Shown: positions 35,466-47,300 of the stretch, piece after piece | Layout of the letters: every line of letters starts with the position of its first letter | How positions within the stretch are numbered: position 1 is the stretch's first letter | Origin: Macrostomum lignano | Taxonomy: Eukaryota | NCBI GenBank assembly: GCA_002269645.1 | Contig: NIVC01001789.1 | Location: 1 to 64,000 of the forward strand | Direction: 5' to 3' | Length of the DNA stretch: 64,000 nucleotides | Translations under genes and position numbers: made by a program | The notes under the pieces: generated by a model | What the model was told of the DNA's origin: nothing | Database searches by the model: none | Seen by the model: only the letters and a program-made list of their open reading frames with translations

Positions 35466-36463
35466 TCTTTACTTTTATTGTTATTATTATTATTATTATT
35501 ATTTTCTTTACTATTTAAGAAGCTGCAATATAAGGACAAAAAAGTAACAATAAGATAAAGAGCTCAATTGAAAGCAAATACTATTTGTCTCAGCTGATCC
35601 ATTTCAAGTTGGTAGCAACTTGGATCCTAAACATGCAGGCAAACATCTAAGAGTGTTAAAACCTAAGCTCCCTATGGCATTGTTTTTGTACCACCCTTCT
35701 GTTATGGCCTTTATTATAAAATGACTAAATTGATAACAATTGCAATATGCTAAATTTCTAAGATCTGTGTGTTTGAAATTTGAAATTATTAATGACCATA
35801 CATGCTCAATACCACTGATTTATACCAGCCATGCAACTTACTTTTTGACCAAAAATGCAATTTGTCTATAATAAAAACCTAATAAAAATTAATGTAATTT
35901 TGGGTAAATGGTAGGAGTAAGTATAAATGTATTATTAAGGCTACATGCCTCATCATCTTATTAGTATGCTCTTACTACATCTATTTTTATAGGATAGACA
36001 TTTTTATGACTTACCTTGGCTTTGCCATTTGCTAGCCAGCCAGATTGGCCAGGTGTTTTGCATGTATTTTGGTACCTGATCTATTCAAAGAAAATGTCTA
36101 TAGAGAATATGTGGCCAAATATGAAAAGTACAAATAAGCAAGACACATATTATTAAAATTCTGCATAATGGTTAACATATTAGATAGTAGATAATAGATA
36201 TAATAGATTTTTAAAATTAGTTAGGCCTTATTAATAGATTAATTGTCTATTCAACAACTTCATGTTTTATATATCTATTCCTTTATGAATTTAAAAAACT
36301 CTAAATAGCAACCAAGATGCTGTTTCTACCCTTTATATAGTTAAGCTTCTCTAACCAATTGAAGTTGTAGAAGTCTAAGTTTATTGATTAATCAAGGCTT
36401 CTAAGTGAAGTTAATTACAAACAATGAGACTAGTATAAAAATGCATCTCTCTATTTGCTATTT

Positions 36464-37247
36464 GGGCCATTCCATATAATTATGGTTGTAACATGACAGA
36501 CTATTTTTACTTATAAAATGAAATCTAATAATAGAAAATACTAAAACAATATTTTGAATGAAATATTATTTTGTCAAGAATATGTTATAAAGTTTCATAT
36601 AGATATCATCATTAGTATAGATGCTATTAAACCTTGAATGGCACTTATGGTCGTAACAACAGGATTTTTGACATATAGAAACTAAAAGGTAAAAGTCTTA
36701 TAACATTTTTCATTTTTGACATTTTGCAATCCTTTTTTTTAATTTGACTAAGAACATCTTTAGAAGTCATACTCTTTTATTAGAATATATAACCTCAAAA
36801 AGGCAACAAAGATACAATAGAAAAGGCAGCCTTATGGTCGTAACATTATGGTCGTAACATATTTTTTCTGTCAATTCAGTAACTTTGAAGTACTAATATA
36901 TTAAAAATATAATAGATTATATGGTTGCTAATGTTTTTATCTGATGATGCAAGTACTATAATTTTATATATAGTTTGTTTTAACCTTCTAAAGCTTTCTA
37001 TTTGTTTTTAAAAGGTACAAAATCTTAATTATATCTTTTGCTTAGAAAATGTCCAATTTTTTACAAAAATAACTTTTTGCCAATTGATAACATACTAATC
37101 CAACATTTTATCATTTATTTATTCTTAGATTGTATACATTACATACAAAAAAGATTTGGTAAAAAAATTGGCTGATAAGGCAATGACAAGCAAAAATATT
37201 GACTTTTTTCTATTTTCCAAATATGTCCATCTTATATGGAATGGGCC
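36464..37247. mobile_element. Non-autonomous DNA transposon, Sola2-like
   Basis: 16-bp TIRs gggccattccatataa / ttatatggaatgggcc (one mismatch), 4-bp TSD ATTT (36460-36463, 37248-37251; AWWT-type), internal ttatggtcgtaaca repeats. Confidence 0.7.
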
Positions 37248-37465
37248 ATTTGATAATCTTGAGTTTGATAAATAAAAGATGAAATTAAATTCTCATCAAA
37301 GATGGAAAAATAAGAAAAGTCTTTTGATAAAAATCTGTTTTAGTGTTACAATAGCAAGATTCTATCAGTGAAAAAATCAATTCTATAGTGAACCTCTCTG
37401 TGGCACAAATAAAACTTTATACTTGATTGTTCAATTCCATTCAAATGAACTTGGTGCATGTCACC

Positions 37466-39891
37466 ATGGACACATTACTGGCTGCCAATCCAAAGAGTCG
37501 ACGCTACGAAAAAATTGATTACTTTGACGAGGGCCAGTACGCTCTGGTGTACAAGGCTCGCGACACGCACAATGGCCGCTTGGTTGCCATTAAGAAAGTG
37601 AAGTCCGGCACCCGAGAAGACATTGCCGATGGTGTGAACCGGACCGCGCTTAGAGAGATTAAACTGCTTCGCGAACTGTTGCACGACAATGTCATCAGAT
37701 TGCTTGACGCATTCGGCGATGATGGCAATGTTAATTTAGTATTCGAAATTATGCACACAGATTTGGAGAAGCTGGTGCACGATCAGAGTGTAGTGCTGTC
37801 CCCTAGTCACATTAAGAATATTGTGCTGCAGTGCCTGCGCGGCCTGGATTATATGCACGCTAATTTTGTGCTGCATCGGGACATTAAGAGTAACAATATC
37901 TTTGTTAGCGCTACTGGTCAGGTGTGTGTACCTCATACCTATTGCTTTATAATTAATGCCTTCTAGAGATATCCTTATCTTTACGCTCCTGAAGTCTTCC
38001 CTGTGTATTAATATCCGCTTCTAATTCCTCTAATCTATCTTTTTCGATTCTTTGACTGTCAGATTCTCCCCAATATCCCATTCCCGATAATTTCTCCCCA
38101 ATATCTAATTCTCGATCATCTCTCTTCAATATCCCATTCTTGATAATCTCTCTTCAATATCCCATTCTCGATAATCTCCCTCAAATATCCCATTCTGTAT
38201 AATCTCCCTCAAATATCCCATTCTCGATCATCTCTCTTTAATATCTTATTCTCGATAATCTCCCTCAAATATCCCATTCCCAACCAAATATTTCATTCTC
38301 GATAATCTCCCCCAAATATCCCCCTCTCGATAATCTCCCCCAAATATTCAATTCTCGATAATCTCTTCAATATCACATTCCCTATAACATCCCCAATATT
38401 CCAATAAAGTATCCCATTCTCGAGAAGCATTTCAATGTCCCGTCCCCATCATCTCTCCCCAATATCCCATTCTCAAAAACCTCCCCCAATATCCCGTTCT
38501 CGACATCTAAAATAGTTTCCTAATTCATATAATAAAACTAAAAATTGTGAAAGGTGAAGCTCGGCGACTTCGGTCTGGCCCGCATGTACGGCAGTCCCAA
38601 CCGGCCACTGACAAACCAAGTGGTGACCCGCTGGTACAGATGCCCCGAACTGTTGCTAGGCGCCAAAATTTATGGCCCAGGCGTTGACATGTGGGCCGCC
38701 GGTTGTGTCTTTGCCGAATTGTTGCGTCGAACTGCACTGTTCCCAGGCGAGTCGGATATCATGCAGCTGTCGAAAATCTATCACCTGTTGGGCACGCCTA
38801 ATTTAGAGGATTGGCCTGAGGTTGCTCAGCTGGAGAATTATCTGCAGTTTAAGGAGTGCCAACCAGTACCGCTGCACGATGTGTTCACGGCTGCTACAAA
38901 TGATCTGCTGGACCTGATGCAGGGCCTGTTGAGACTTAATCCGGCTAAGAGGTTGGTTAGTTCGTTATCTAGTCAGTTATTTAGTTAGTTATTTAGCTAG
39001 TCCTTTTTTAGTTAGCTTGTCAGTTAGTTAGTTAGTTAGTCAGTCAGTCAGTCAGTTTGCTAATTAGTTAGTTAGTTAGTCAGTTAGTTGGTTAGTTGGT
39101 CAGTTAGCCAGTTAGTTAGCCAGTTAGTCAGTTAGTTAGTTAGTAGTTAGCTAGTTAGTTAGTTAGTTAGTCATTTAGTTAGTTAGTCAGTGAGTTAGTC
39201 AGTCAGTCAGTTGGTCAGTTAGTCATTTAGCTAGTTAGTCATTTAGTTAGTTAGTCAGTTAGTTAGTCAGTCAGTTAGTTAGTTAGTTAGTTAGTTGGTC
39301 AGTTAGTCAGTCAGTCGGTTATTTAGTTAGTGAGTAAGTAAGTTAGCCAGTCAGCTAGTTAGTAAGAAAGTTAGTCAGTTAGTTAGATAGGAAGGTAGTT
39401 TGCTAGTCAGTCCAACTATCCAATTAATTACGGTAATTAATTATTTCATTGAACCCGGGCACATGGCTGCACCCATAATAGACACACGATTGAGTTGAAA
39501 TTTTATTGTATTTAACAATCAGCGGGCAAAGTTACCGCTATCATTCGGTGATGTCACACTGGCACGATATCATTTAGTAAGACAAAACTCAGCTCAAAAA
39601 GGCAGCCTCTGACTCAATAACTGCAGGCTGACCGCAGCTGAGGCCTTGACCATGCCCTACTTTGTGATGCCGCCGGCTCCTTGCACTAATCAGCAAATTC
39701 CTCTGGGCGGTGGCGGCGGTCGCGGATTCGACGGTGGCGTTATCGGCGGCGTTGCTAGTTACCATAGCAACCAATCAGCCACTACGAGGAATCACATTTT
39801 GCCCGGCTCGAACGGCGGTAGCGGGGGCGGTTTGTCTGTTCCGCCCGCTGCTAAGGTTGCCCGCCGATTGCAGTTTGACTCGGGTAGATGA
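37466..39891 (+). CDS. CDK7: Cyclin-dependent kinase 7 (CAK/TFIIH kinase); join(37466..37921,38554..38951,39627..39891)
   Basis: [31 protein letters not shown] (CDK7 NRTALRE helix), [39 protein letters not shown]; Kozak caccATGG. Confidence 0.95.
38040..38510. repeat. ~27-bp degenerate minisatellite (atatcccattctcgataatctccccaa), CDK7 intron 1
   Basis: Tandem units read directly. Confidence 0.85.
38955..39410. repeat. (GTTA/GTCA)n microsatellite, CDK7 intron 2
   Basis: Read directly. Confidence 0.95.
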
Positions 39892-40006
39892 TTGATTGAT
39901 TGATTACTCAATTAACTTGGCAGTTCCTGCTTTCATTTTTTGTAATAAGTGTATTGCATATAAAGCTGCAGTATTCCCTGTCATTTTGGTGCCACTTTTA
40001 CATTTA

Positions 40007-40705
40007 CGTAATAAATGGCGCCAGAGTTAGAGGGATTACTGTAGCTGTAAGTGTAATAAATGGCGCCAGAGTTTCAGGGATTACTGTAGCTTTAAGTGTA
40101 ATAAATGGCGCCAGAGTTACAAGGATTACTGTAGCTGTAAGTGTAATAAATGGCGCCAGAGTTTCAGGGATTACTGTAGCTTTAAGTGTAATAAATGGCG
40201 TCAGAGTTAGAGGGATTACTGTAGCTTTAAGTGTAATAAATGGCGCCAGAGTTACAGGGATTACTGTAGCTTTAAGTGTAATAAATGGCGCCAGAGTTAG
40301 AGGGATTACTGTAGCTGTAAGTGTAATAAATGGCGCCAGAGTTACAGGGATTACTGTAGCTGTAAGTGTAATAAATGGCGCCAGAGTTACAGGGATTACT
40401 GTAGCTGTAAGTGTAAAAATGGCGCCAGAGTTTCAGGGATTACTGTAGCTTTAAGTGTAATAAATGGCGCCAGAGTTAGAGGGATTACTGTAGCTGTAAG
40501 TGTAATAAATGGCGCCAGAGTTACAGGGATTACTGTAGCTGTAAGTGTAAAAATGGCGCCAGAGTTAGAGGGATTACTGTAGCTTTAAGTGTAATAAATG
40601 GCGCCAGAGTTTCAGGGATTACTGTAGCTGTAAGTGTAATAAATGGCGCCAGAGTTAGAGGGATTACTGTAGCTGTAAGTGTACTAAATGGCGCCAGAGT
40701 TACAA
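40007..40705. repeat. 45-bp tandem array downstream of CDK7 (gtaataaatggcgccagagttagagggattactgtagctgtaagt)
   Basis: About 15 near-identical units, no spacers. Confidence 0.95.
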
Positions 40706-41317
40706 GGATTACTGGTCTAGCATAGGAATAATCCTTTAAAATTAAAGTTCAGTATGTCTTTCCAGCTTATTTCGGTTTTAAAGTACGGCTTGTCCTTATT
40801 GATTTAGAACCCTTTCAGTTCCGTTGATTTGTTTGTGAATTGCATTTGAGTAATATAATTTGAGCAAGGTGTTGCCTACTACTGCCTGTCTATGGGTTCA
40901 TCATAAACTCGGTTATTTTGCATTTTCTCACTACGGTGTAACAGCGCGCTAAGCATGTTTGCAAAACATTCAACCAACGTATATACTACTGTACTAAATT
41001 TCATATCAGTAGTATCGGTAGCGTAGAACTTTCTAATATGTGCTGTTATCAAAGAGTTTTTGGAAAGTAAAAATACTTAACCCGCTTTTGCTTGCTTGAA
41101 GTGTAAGTTTTAAATGTGCTATCTAAATAAATACAAATACTATGTTTTATTTTCCTTACACCTGCTGTGTCATTCGATTTTGCATAACTGCGCGACTTCT
41201 TTTATTGCTCTTTTGTTACTACTTAGTTCTAGTAGCCTAGCTTGTTAAAGACTGACAGTGAGGTAATTTTGCTTTCAGATTCGCGACAAGTTTTAAAGAA
41301 TTTTGACGTCTGCCAAC

Positions 41318-44300
41318 ATGACGGCCGCTTGTAGGGCAACCGTGCTCCAACTGTTCAAAGAGAAACAGATTGAGAAGTTGTCAAAATTTGTGGCTGATTG
41401 CTCCCCGGATGAGGCACGTGACTTTGCTTATTGTGATTTTCCAGCCAATCCCTGCTCATCCACAATGTACACCAACTGGGTAGCCAATCCCTGCTCATCC
41501 ACAATGTACACCAACTGGGTAGCCAATCCCTGCTCATCCACAATGTACACCAACTGGGTAGCCAATCCCTGCTCATCCACATATGTACACAAACTGGGTA
41601 GCCAATCCCTACTCATCCACAATGTACACAAACTGGGTAGCCTATCCCTACTCATCCACAATGTACACAAACTGGGTAGCCAATCCCTACTCATCCACAA
41701 TGTACACAAACTGGGTAGCTAACCCCTACCCATCCAGAATGTACACACCCTCCCAGCCAATCTCAGCACACCCCACAATGTACACAGCCTCCCAGCTAAT
41801 CCCAGCACACCCCACAATATTCTAGCACACCCCACAATGTACACACCCTCCCAGCCAATCTCAGCACACCCCACAATGTACACACCCTCCCAGCCAATCC
41901 CAGCACACCCCACAATGTACACACCCCCAGCCAATTCCAGCACACCCCACAATGTACACACCCCCAGCCAATTCCAGCACACCCCACAATGTACACACCC
42001 TCCCAGCCAATCCCAGCACACCCCACAATGTACACACCCCCAGCCAATTCCAGCACACCCCACAATGTACACACCCCCAGCCAATTCCAGCACACCCCAC
42101 AATGTACACACCCCAGCCAATTCCAGCACACCCCACAATGTACACACCCCCAGCCAATCCCAGCACACCCCACAATGTACACACCCCCAGCCAATTCCAG
42201 CACACCCCACAATGTACACACCCCCAGCCAATCCCAGCACACCCCACAATGTACACACCCCCAGCCAATTCCAGCACACCCCACAATGTACACACCCCCA
42301 GCCAATCCCAGCACACCCCACAATGTACACACCCCCAGCCAATTCCAGCACACCCCACAATGTACACACCCCCAGCCAATCCCAGCACACCCCACAATGT
42401 ATACCCTGGTCAGTAAATCCCAAATTATCAATCCCATTCTCCAACCCGCCGTGCAGTTGCAGGCAACAATGCTAGAAGCTTGCGGTGCCCCAGACTTCGG
42501 CCACCTAGCCAAGGCCATGTTCAAAGGGCTTGAACTGGCTCACTGTGACGAGTCTGCAGCGGCCGAGCGTCGCTGTGGTTTGGTCCGAGCGGCAGTTCGC
42601 GTGATGGCCAGAACCGAAGTTAGCGGGCCGATCTGCTCTGAAGCGATGTCGCTGCTGTCTATTGAGGTTAGTTGCTGTACTAACCGCCATTAGCTTAGCT
42701 TAACTCTACACAGTTCAATAAATATGGATAGCCGACAAGGCAGCCATGTGTTTCTTGAAAATTCGAATAACTTAATGACTGAATACTCAAAGCTTATCAG
42801 TTAGAATTATTCATTTTTTACAGGTGTCTAATCTTTCTGATTCGGCTTTGGTCAGCGTGTTTGACACCTTGTTGGATGTCACCGCTTCAGGCAGAATTGC
42901 TTCACCAGCGTAAGGTTCAAAGATTATTTTATTGAATTGTTTATTTTTAAGAAGTTTTTTTAAACTAATCTAATAAATATAAAAACTGATCCTGAGGAAC
43001 AACCGCTAATCCATATCAAAAGGCATAAAAGTGATCGACGCCGAAGCAAACCATAAAAACCGACATAAGCTATTAAAATCGACAAAAGGCCTTGTAACTC
43101 GACAAAGACCATAGAAACCGACAAAGACCATGGAAACCGACAAAGACCATAGAAACCGACAAAGACCATGGAAACCAAGAAAGATCATGGAAACCGAGAA
43201 AGGGCCTTACAACTTGACAAAGACCATAGAAATCGACAAAGACTATATGACCGAGAAAGGGCCTTACAACTCGACAAAGACCATAGAAATCGACAAAGAC
43301 TATATGACCGAGAAAGGGCCTTACAACTCGACAAAGACCATAGAAATCGACAAAGACTATATGACCGAGAAAGGGCCTTACAACTCGACAAAGACCATAG
43401 AAATCGACAAAGACTATATGACCGAGAAAGGGCCTTACAACTTGACAAAGACCATAGAAACCGACAAAGACCGTAGAATCCGACAAAGCCATAGAATCCG
43501 ACAAAGCCATAGAATCCGACAAAGACCATAGAAACCGACAAAAACGGTAGAAACCGACAAAGACCGTAGGAACCGACAAAGACAGTAGGAACCGATAAAG
43601 ACCATAGAAACCGACAAAGACCATAGAACGATAGACCGACAAAGACCGAGGAAACCGACAAAGACCATAAAAACCGACAAAGACCATAGAAACTGATACA
43701 AACATAGAAACCGACAGACCATGAAAACCGATAAAAACCATAGAAAACGACAAGGCCATCAAAACCCACAAGGCCACAGAAACCGTCAAAGACCATAGAA
43801 ATCGACCGAAACTGACAAAGACTAAAACTGTGAATTCAACGTCAGGTTTATGCATCCCAGCCTAAAATTTGCGTAACACTTACTCATATTGCTACTTAAA
43901 GTATTATTAGTACGAATTAAAAAATGTGTCAATATTATATTGCAGTATACTAGACCTACTAGACAAACTGCTCACCCGTGACAAACTTGGCCTAGCTGAT
44001 CGCCTGTGCTCAGCCGATTGGCACAGAGACAATGCCCTGCCCATAGTTGCCTGTCTAGCCGAGCTGGGGGCTCCTCTATCGGCTAGGGAGCGCGATTCGC
44101 TAGTTCGAAAATCTATCTACTGCCTGCGACGAGTGGACATTTCTAATCTAGCTGGACTGCTCTATCATGCGTTTCTATTTGCTAGCAAGGCTGGCCTGTT
44201 GCGTCTGGTTATCTGCGAAGTTGTGGAATTCTTTGCCGAATTGGAAGGCTCAAATGAGAAGGAGAATTCTCAGGTAAGGATAAATAATTCAGTTTTTTTA

Positions 44301-47300
44301 GGTAAACGGGGAGGGTAACGTTAGTTGTCAATACGAGTATATATTGTAATGCCTCATTATCTAATTAGTTATTTCAACTTATTTGTAGATTTGAAATTAT
44401 CGTATCAGGGTAACCGGCGAGAGTAACTATAGCTGTTAAAGCATATATAAATGCCTCGTCAGCTAACAAATTATTACTAACATGCTACTTTCAGTAGCGT
44501 ACCTAGAAAATAACACTGAGTATTTTCCCGACACGCAGGGCGAACCAGACGGGATACACGCGGCGGACGCCAATGAAGAAGACATTGTTGAAGCTGAAGG
44601 CACAGTTCTAGTTCACTTATTGTACACTATTCGGTTGAGTCCAACTCTGTCTGCTGAGCTGCTTAAAGTGTTGCGATCGCTTCCACTGGCACAGCTGTTG
44701 CGTCCGTTCTCCTTGGCGCTTTATTTTGTGCTGGTATCCGCTAGGATGGATGACGATATGCACAGGCCTTTGAGGCTTATTGTTGCCAGGTAAATTAACT
44801 GTTGATGCTTTAATAGTACATAATTACATGTCTCTCTATCTTCCAAAATTGATAAAGCATCTAGAGTGGAAGCTGCACGGTCCAAGGTGGAGGGTGCAGA
44901 TTCTAAAAAGGATGGGTGCAGATTCCTAGGTGGAGGGTGCAGATTCTAAGGAGGAGGTTTGAGATTTTAAGTAGGAGGCTGCAGTTTCCAAGGTGGAAGG
45001 TGCAGATTCCAAGTATGAGGGTGCAGATTCCAAGTATGAGGGTGCAGATTCCAAGTATGAGGGTGCAGATTCCAAGTATGAGGGTGCAGATTCCAAGTAT
45101 GAGGGTGCAGATTCCAAGTTTGAGGGTGCAGATTCCAAGTATGAGGGTGCAGATTCCAAGTTTGAGGGTGCAGATTCCAAGTATGAGGGTGCAGATTCCA
45201 AGTATGAGGGTGCAGATTCCAAGTTTGAGGGTGCAGATTCCAAGTATGAGGGTGCAGATTCCAAGTATGAGGGTGCAGATTCCAAGTATGAGGGTGCAGA
45301 TTCCAAGTATGAGGGTGCAGATTCCAAGTATGAGGGTGCAGATTCCAAGTATGAGGGTGCAGATTCCAAGTATGAGGGTGCAGATTCCAAGTATGAGGGT
45401 GCAGATTCCAAGTTTGAGGGTGCAGATTCCAAGTATGAGGGTGCAGATTCCAAGTATGAGGGTGCAGATTCCAAGAGATAGGGTGAGGAGTTCAGGCAGA
45501 GGAGTGCAATATTCCAGGCTAGAGTGGAGACTATATAGACAGTGAATTCTCTCCAGGTACTATCAGGAGCGATGCCTACGCAGTGAGTCCGTCTTCCTTC
45601 GCTCGTTCCCCGACCCATTGAGCAATGCAGCGGCAGCTGGTGCTGCTGATGCTGACAGCGAGGGCAGCGGCAGTGGCAGCGGTGGCATCAGCGATCCAAT
45701 AGTGTCCGCCTTTGACATTGTGGCCACCCGAGCTGCCCGACAATGGGACAATATTGTACCTGGCCTGGTTGGTTTCGCATTCAGCTGTTTAGAGGTGCAG
45801 CAGCAGCAGCAACAGCAGCAACAGCAAAGCTATCAGACTAGCGCCGGAATCGCCGCGGCCCGAGCTGTCAATCGACTCGGTCGGGAGCTTCTAGTTCGAC
45901 TGTATCGTCGGGCCGAAGCAGCCCGGGAGACTATCCTGAGCGAGGCGGTTGCACTGTTGCTCACTACAGGCGGGAGTAGGCCGTTGGCTAATCTGCTTCG
46001 CACTCTCATTGCCAGGTATCTAATTTACACCATTGCCATATAGTTTCAAGCATTTAACTGTAGGAGTGGGCCTGTATACCTTTACGTAATTACCTGAGAT
46101 CTAGACTCTAAATGTATTTTAACAGACTGGCGTTTTAAAGACATTCTAGACATCCTATTGCCATTCTAGAGACCCCCGATATTTCCATTCTAGACCCCCG
46201 ATATTTCCATTCTAGAGGCCCGGTGCAATTCTAGAGGCCCGGTGCAATTCTAGAGGCCCGGTGCAATTCTAGAGGCCCGGTGCAATTCTAGAGGCCCGGT
46301 GCAATTCTAGAGACCCCGGTGCTATTCTAGAGGCCTGGTGCTATTCTAGAGACCCCGGTGCTATTCTAGAGACCCGGTGCAATTCTAGAGGCCCGGTGCA
46401 ATTCTAGAGGCCCGGTGCAATTCTAGAGGCCCGGTACAATTCTAGAGGCCCGGTGCAATTCTAGAGACCCCGGTGCAATTCTAGAGACCCGGTGCAATTC
46501 TAGAGACCCGGTGCAATTCTAGAGACCCCGGTGCTATTCTAGAGACCCGGTGCAATTCTAGAGGCCCGGTGCAATTGTAGAGACCCCGGTGCAATTCTAG
46601 AGACCCGGTGCAATTCTAGAGGCCCGGTGCAATTCTAGAGACCCCGGTGCTATTCTAGAGACCCGGTGCAATTCTAGAGACCCCGGTGCTATTCTAGAGG
46701 CCTGGTGCTATTCTAGAGACCCCGGTGCAATTCTAGAGACCCGGTGCAATTCTAGAGGCCCGGTGCAATTCTAGAGGCCCGGTGCAATTCTAGAGGCCCG
46801 GTACAATTCTAGAGGCCCGGTGCAATTCTAGAGACCCCGGTGCTATTCTAGAGACCCGGTGCAATTCTAGAGGCCCGGTGCAATTCTAGAGACCCCGGTG
46901 CTATTCTAGAGACCCGGTGCAATTCTAGAGGCCTGGTGCAATTCTAGAGACCCCGGTGCTATTCTAGAGACCCGGTGCAATTCTAGAGGCCCGGTGCAAT
47001 TCTAGAGACCCCGGTGCTATTCTAGAGACCCGGCGCAATTAGCCCATTCAAACCCCCATTATCATAACTGCACGTCATCCCATGCTCAGGTACCCAACTC
47101 TCGTTCTAAAGCAGCACGAGATGCTGCGAGCAAATCTAGATAGTCTATTAGCTACACTGCCTGAATCGGTTGCCGTGGCAACGGTTGCTAGCCTGGCGCC
47201 GCTGTTGCGTTGGTCCAGCCGTCTAAGAGACTCGCTGATCATGTGCCTGCGCAAGTGTCTGTACGCCCGTCAGGACGGCATCAGACGGATGGCGTTGCGC

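Noticed and set aside
40007-40705. 45-bp and 46-bp (58275-59535) arrays as CRISPR arrays
   Set aside because: Units are contiguous with no unique spacers, there are no cas genes, and the context is eukaryotic.
47090-47160. Apparent loss of the FANCI monoubiquitinated lysine
   Set aside because: An initial mis-registration on my part; counting back from the SQ cluster places K523 in the LRK motif, which is conserved here (CLRKCLY).
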